DNA from: Deferribacterales bacterium
GTDB lineage: Bacteria; Chrysiogenota; Deferribacteres; Deferribacterales; Geovibrionaceae
Reading direction: 5' to 3'
Length of the DNA stretch: 64,000 bases
Assembly (NCBI GenBank): GCA_050251875.1
Contig: JBFWMA010000002.1
Span: 342,606 to 406,605 of the forward strand
The position numbers and the translations under genes were made by a program. Under the pieces are notes generated by a model. It was not told where the DNA came from, did no database searches, and was given only the letters and a program-made list of their open reading frames with translations. Each line of letters begins with the position of its first letter. Position 1 is the first letter of the stretch. This document shows, piece after piece, positions 60,105-64,000 of this stretch.

Positions 60105-60542
60105 ATGGCAATCGTTAGATGGGATCCTTTAAAAGATTTAATGACTATGCACGACAGGATGAACAAGATCTTCGATGAGACGCTGAGCAAAACCGCTCAG
60201 GCCGGCTATGGCGACTGGCTTCCGCCCGTTGATATTTATGAGACGGAGACAGACGTTGTGCTGGTGGCAGAGCTCCCCGGTGTTAAGGAAGAGGAGCTGG
60301 ATATCCAGATGTCGGACGGCGTGCTGACACTGAAAGGCGACAAAAAATACCCCATAGAGGGCGACAGCGACAATTACTACAGACTGGAACGCTCATACGG
60401 AAAATTTAACCGTTCCTTCACCATCCCCAGCACTGTGGATGTGAACAGCGTGAAAGCATCGCTGAAGGACGGTCTGCTGAAAATAACACTCAAAAAACGC
60501 ACAGAGATTCAGCCCAAGGTAATCAAAGTAGAAACAGAATAA
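60105..60542 (+). CDS. Hsp20/alpha-crystallin small heat-shock protein
   Basis: PPVDIYET, ELPGV, ERSYGKFNRSF and DGLLKITL motifs. Confidence 0.95.
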   Translation: MAIVRWDPLKDLMTMHDRMNKIFDETLSKTAQAGYGDWLPPVDIYETETDVVLVAELPGVKEEELDIQMSDGVLTLKGDKKYPIEGDSDNYYRLERSYGKFNRSFTIPSTVDVNSVKASLKDGLLKITLKKRTEIQPKVIKVETE

Positions 60543-60553
60543 GTTGGTGAAAT

Positions 60554-61663
60554 ATGGCCGGAGACTATTACAGCATCCTCGGTGTGGCAAAAACAGCCAC
60601 CGAGGATGAGATCAAAAAAGCGTACAGAAAACTTGCGAGAAAATATCACCCTGACGTAAATCCGGGCGACAAATCCGCCGAGGACAAATTCAAGGAGATA
60701 TCCGAAGCATATGGTGTTCTGTCGGATGCTGAAAAGAGAAAGCAGTACGATTCTCTCGGTCATGACGCTTTTAAATCAGGCGGACACGGATACGATTTTT
60801 CCGGCGCTAACTTTGACGATATCAAGAACCATTTTTCCGGTTTTAACATGAACGATATCTTCGGAGACATGTTCGGCGGCGGTTTCGGAGGCGGATCACG
60901 CAGAAACCGAAACGCCCCCAGACGAGGCGAGGATATCAACTACACCATACAGATACCTTTTAAAGACGCCATATTCGGAAACGAATACGAAATAACCCTG
61001 AACCACACGGAAAACTGTGCCTCATGCGGAGGCAAAGGCGGCGACAAAACAGTGTGTCCCGCTTGTCAGGGTTCAGGTCAGACCATGACAAACAGAGGCG
61101 GTATGATATCCGTATCACCCTGCCCCACATGTAAAGGCAGAGGCGAGATACACCAGAACGTATGTTCCGTGTGCAAAGGCTCCGGATACAAAAACGTTCA
61201 GGAAAAGGTAAAGGTTAAGATACCGAAAGGAGTTGATAAAAACTCCAAGATAAAAATTCCGGGAAAAGGCAACGCCGGAGTGAACGGCGGTCCGCAGGGC
61301 GATGTTTATATCATCACCAATGTGAAAGACCACGAAATCTATGAGCGCAAAGGCAACAATGTCTATGTGACTGTTGATGTGGATATTTTCGAGGCGGCTC
61401 TGGGCGAGAAAATAAACGTCCCCACCCCCTACGGAACCATCAGCATGAGCATCCCCGCGGGCACACAGCCCGGGCAGACATTCCGGGTGAAGAACAAAGG
61501 CGTTCCCAGCCTGAAAGGCACAGCCATAGGCGACCTGTATGTCGTCATCAGGGTTAAGGTGCCGCAGATAGCCATCGAAAAAGACCGTGAGGCGCTGAAA
61601 GAGATGCAGCACAGATACGCCGACAACGAACGTGCCAGACTCATAGAAAAAGCGAGGCTGTGA
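60554..61663 (+). CDS. dnaJ: DnaJ chaperone
   Basis: J domain with HPD, G/F-rich region and four CxxCxGxG repeats. Confidence 0.95.
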   Translation: MAGDYYSILGVAKTATEDEIKKAYRKLARKYHPDVNPGDKSAEDKFKEISEAYGVLSDAEKRKQYDSLGHDAFKSGGHGYDFSGANFDDIKNHFSGFNMNDIFGDMFGGGFGGGSRRNRNAPRRGEDINYTIQIPFKDAIFGNEYEITLNHTENCASCGGKGGDKTVCPACQGSGQTMTNRGGMISVSPCPTCKGRGEIHQNVCSVCKGSGYKNVQEKVKVKIPKGVDKNSKIKIPGKGNAGVNGGPQGDVYIITNVKDHEIYERKGNNVYVTVDVDIFEAALGEKINVPTPYGTISMSIPAGTQPGQTFRVKNKGVPSLKGTAIGDLYVVIRVKVPQIAIEKDREALKEMQHRYADNERARLIEKARL

Positions 61664-61664
61664 C

Positions 61665-62036
61665 ATGAGAGGCAAACCGCTATATATCATCAGCATAGTG
61701 TCGGAGATGTTCGACCTGCATCCCCAGACGCTCAGGCAATATGAGAGGCTCGGGTTCATAAATCCCCAGCGCTCTCAGGGAAACACAAGATTGTACTCAG
61801 ACGAGGATCTTGAAACTCTGAAATTCATACTGACACTCACAAAGGACATGGGCGTTAATCTGGCCGGTGTCGAAGTTATACTGAATATGCGAAATCAGAT
61901 AGACGAACTCCAGACACAGAACGACCAGCTTAGAAAATTTATCATGGAAAACGCCGATGCCCTGAACAGGTCAAAAGACGCTCTGGTGCCGGTACAGGAA
62001 AAGAAGGTTATCAAGGTCAGAATTGATAGGGATTAA
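61665..62036 (+). CDS. hspR: MerR-family heat-shock repressor HspR
   Basis: [20 protein letters not shown] and GVNLAGV motifs; dnaJ-hspR-clpB context; HAIR upstream. Confidence 0.9.
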   Translation: MRGKPLYIISIVSEMFDLHPQTLRQYERLGFINPQRSQGNTRLYSDEDLETLKFILTLTKDMGVNLAGVEVILNMRNQIDELQTQNDQLRKFIMENADALNRSKDALVPVQEKKVIKVRIDRD

Positions 62037-62041
62037 AAAAC

Positions 62042-64000
62042 ATGATTAATTTCAACAAGATGACTATAAAAGCTCAGGAAGCGGTTCAAGCCGCTCTTGA
62101 CAACGCAGAGACCAGAAACCATCAGCAGATAATGCCCGAACACCTTCTTCTGACCCTTATAGATCAGGAGGACGGGATCGTGACCCCTCTTCTGCACAAG
62201 GCGGGCGTGAACATAAACCTGCTCAGAACAGAAGTGGAAAAGATACTGGATAAACAGCCCAAAGTTGAGGGCAGTTACCAGACATATATGTCCCAGGAAG
62301 TGAAAAAGGCTCTGGACTATGCCTTCAACAGCCTGAAAAAATTCGGTGACGAATATGTCTCCACAGAACATATTCTGATAGGGATAGGCGAAAACGCCGG
62401 ATACGACCTGCGCACCGCCCTCTCCTCCGCCGGATATAATCTGAACACAGTTCTCAAGGCATATGAGGCGACAAAAGGCTCAAGCCGTGTGACAGACCAG
62501 AACCCCGAAGACAAGATGAACGTTCTGGACAAATACACCATAGACCTCACCCAGAGAGCCAGAGATGGCAAGCTGGATCCCGTTATCGGGCGTGACGAAG
62601 AGATCAGACGTGTGATACACGTCCTCTCCAGACGTACCAAGAACAACCCTGTGCTGATAGGCGAACCGGGCGTGGGTAAAACAGCCATCGCCGAAGGGCT
62701 CGCGCAGAGGATTGTGAACGGCGATGTGCCCGAAACCCTGAAAGACCGCACTGTGTCAGTGCTGGATATGGGCTCGCTCATAGCCGGAACAAAGTTCAGA
62801 GGCGAGTTCGAGGACAGGCTGAAAGCTATTCTGAACGCCATAAAAGAGCGCGAGGGAGAGATAGTGCTCTTCATAGACGAGATGCACACACTCGTGGGCG
62901 CAGGCAAAACAGACGGCGCGATGGACGCCGCCAACCTGCTGAAACCAGCTCTGGCAAGGGGCGAGCTCCACTGCATAGGCGCAACGACTCTAGACGAATA
63001 CAAAAAATATATCGAAAAAGACGCCGCTCTGGAGAGAAGATTCCAGCCGGTATATGTGAAAGAACCCTCTGTGGAGGACACAGTGTCCATCCTGAGAGGA
63101 CTTAAAGAAAAATATGAGGTACACCACGGTGTGCGTATAAAAGACAGCGCATTGGTGGCGGCAGCCCATCTGGCTAACAAGTACATCAGCGACAGGTTCA
63201 TGCCCGACAAGGCTATCGACCTGATAGACGAGGCGACAGCCAAGCTGAGGATGGAGATAGACAGTCTGCCCACCGAGCTGGACGAGCTGGAACGCAAAAT
63301 AACCCAGCACGAGATAGACAAACAGGCGCTGAAGAAAGAGAAGGACGCCGCCAGCGTGCAGAGGCTGGAAAAACTGGAAAAAGAGCTGGCAAACCTGAAG
63401 GAACAGGCATCCGCTATGCGCATGGCATGGCAGAACGAAAAGGATGTAATCCAGAAGGTGCGCACTATTAAAGAACAGATAGAGCAGGCGAAATATGAGA
63501 TGCAGAACGCCGAGCGGGTCGGAGACCTGAACAAAGCGGCGGAGATAAAATACAGCCGTCTGGTAGACCTTGAAAGACAGATGTCGGACGCCAACGCCAA
63601 ACTGACAGAGATGCAGAACGGCAAACGTATGCTGAAAGAGGAAGTGGACGAAGAGGATATAGCCGCCGTAATCAGCAAATGGACAGGCATCCCCGCCACA
63701 AAACTGCTGGAAGCGGAAGCCGACAAGCTGATCCACATGGAGCAGTGGCTTCATAAACGTGTGGTAGGACAGGAAAACGCCATATCCGCCGTGTGCGAGG
63801 CAGTGCGCAGAAGCAGAGCCGGACTGAACGACCCCAACAAACCGCTGGGATCATTCATTTTCCTCGGACCCACAGGCGTGGGCAAGACCGAGCTGGCGAA
63901 ATCTCTGGCAGAGTTCCTTTTCGACTCGGAAGACGCCATAGTGCGTATCGACATGAGCGAATATATGGAGAAACACGCCGTGGCGAGGCTCATCGGAGCG
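62042..64000 (+). CDS. clpB: ATP-dependent chaperone ClpB (continues beyond window end)
   Basis: Not in the ORF track (no stop in window). From ATG 62042: MINFNKMT..., [21 protein letters not shown], long coiled-coil middle domain, [16 protein letters not shown]. Confidence 0.96.
   Translation, partial: MINFNKMTIKAQEAVQAALDNAETRNHQQIMPEHLLLTLIDQEDGIVTPLLHKAGVNINLLRTEVEKILDKQPKVEGSYQTYMSQEVKKALDYAFNSLKKFGDEYVSTEHILIGIGENAGYDLRTALSSAGYNLNTVLKAYEATKGSSRVTDQNPEDKMNVLDKYTIDLTQRARDGKLDPVIGRDEEIRRVIHVLSRRTKNNPVLIGEPGVGKTAIAEGLAQRIVNGDVPETLKDRTVSVLDMGSLIAGTKFRGEFEDRLKAILNAIKEREGEIVLFIDEMHTLVGAGKTDGAMDAANLLKPALARGELHCIGATTLDEYKKYIEKDAALERRFQPVYVKEPSVEDTVSILRGLKEKYEVHHGVRIKDSALVAAAHLANKYISDRFMPDKAIDLIDEATAKLRMEIDSLPTELDELERKITQHEIDKQALKKEKDAASVQRLEKLEKELANLKEQASAMRMAWQNEKDVIQKVRTIKEQIEQAKYEMQNAERVGDLNKAAEIKYSRLVDLERQMSDANAKLTEMQNGKRMLKEEVDEEDIAAVISKWTGIPATKLLEAEADKLIHMEQWLHKRVVGQENAISAVCEAVRRSRAGLNDPNKPLGSFIFLGPTGVGKTELAKSLAEFLFDSEDAIVRIDMSEYMEKHAVARLIGA

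Noticed and set aside
62317..63993. Long minus-strand ORFs of 473 and 254 aa
   Set aside because: Antisense shadows of clpB, which the track omits only because its stop codon is outside the window.

Overview
Dense, almost entirely housekeeping region of a diderm (LPS-producing), probably anaerobic bacterium. Gene content and order suggest Deferribacterota; this is an inference, not database-checked. From left to right: the 5' part of infB (IF2, cut by the window edge) with a 60-bp tandem repeat; ylxR-nusA-rimP; a LOG/PHP/iorAB unit divergent from a MarR gene; a ~37-kb run of 44 tightly packed minus-strand genes from dinG (46594) down to pilT (9137), including pgi, tilS-hpt-ftsH-folP-cdaA-cdaR-glmM, kds/lpt, rpoN-hpf-ptsN-hprK-rapZ, a mannose-class PTS, pgsA/plsY, rib genes, nusB, tldD, yhaM and aroE; then htrA, hcp, an MBL-fold gene, ABC-F/phasin-like/AarF kinase, MCP plus STAS-like protein, PIN-PhoH, a receiver protein, TonB, and hsp20-dnaJ-hspR-clpB (cut by the right edge). 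I found no tRNA, rRNA, CRISPR array, transposase, prophage or defence system, and no clearly new multi-gene system. The most unusual signals are: (i) four unit-leading genes sharing an identical -35/17 bp/-10/6 bp/ATG geometry with no Shine-Dalgarno, i.e. predicted leaderless mRNAs; (ii) an IF2 insert of at least six amino-acid-identical 20-mers whose DNA copies differ only at synonymous sites; (iii) well-positioned operator candidates (HAIR, an Fnr-type box at -41.5, a MarR inverted repeat). Several ORF-track starts were shortened to better-supported start codons.
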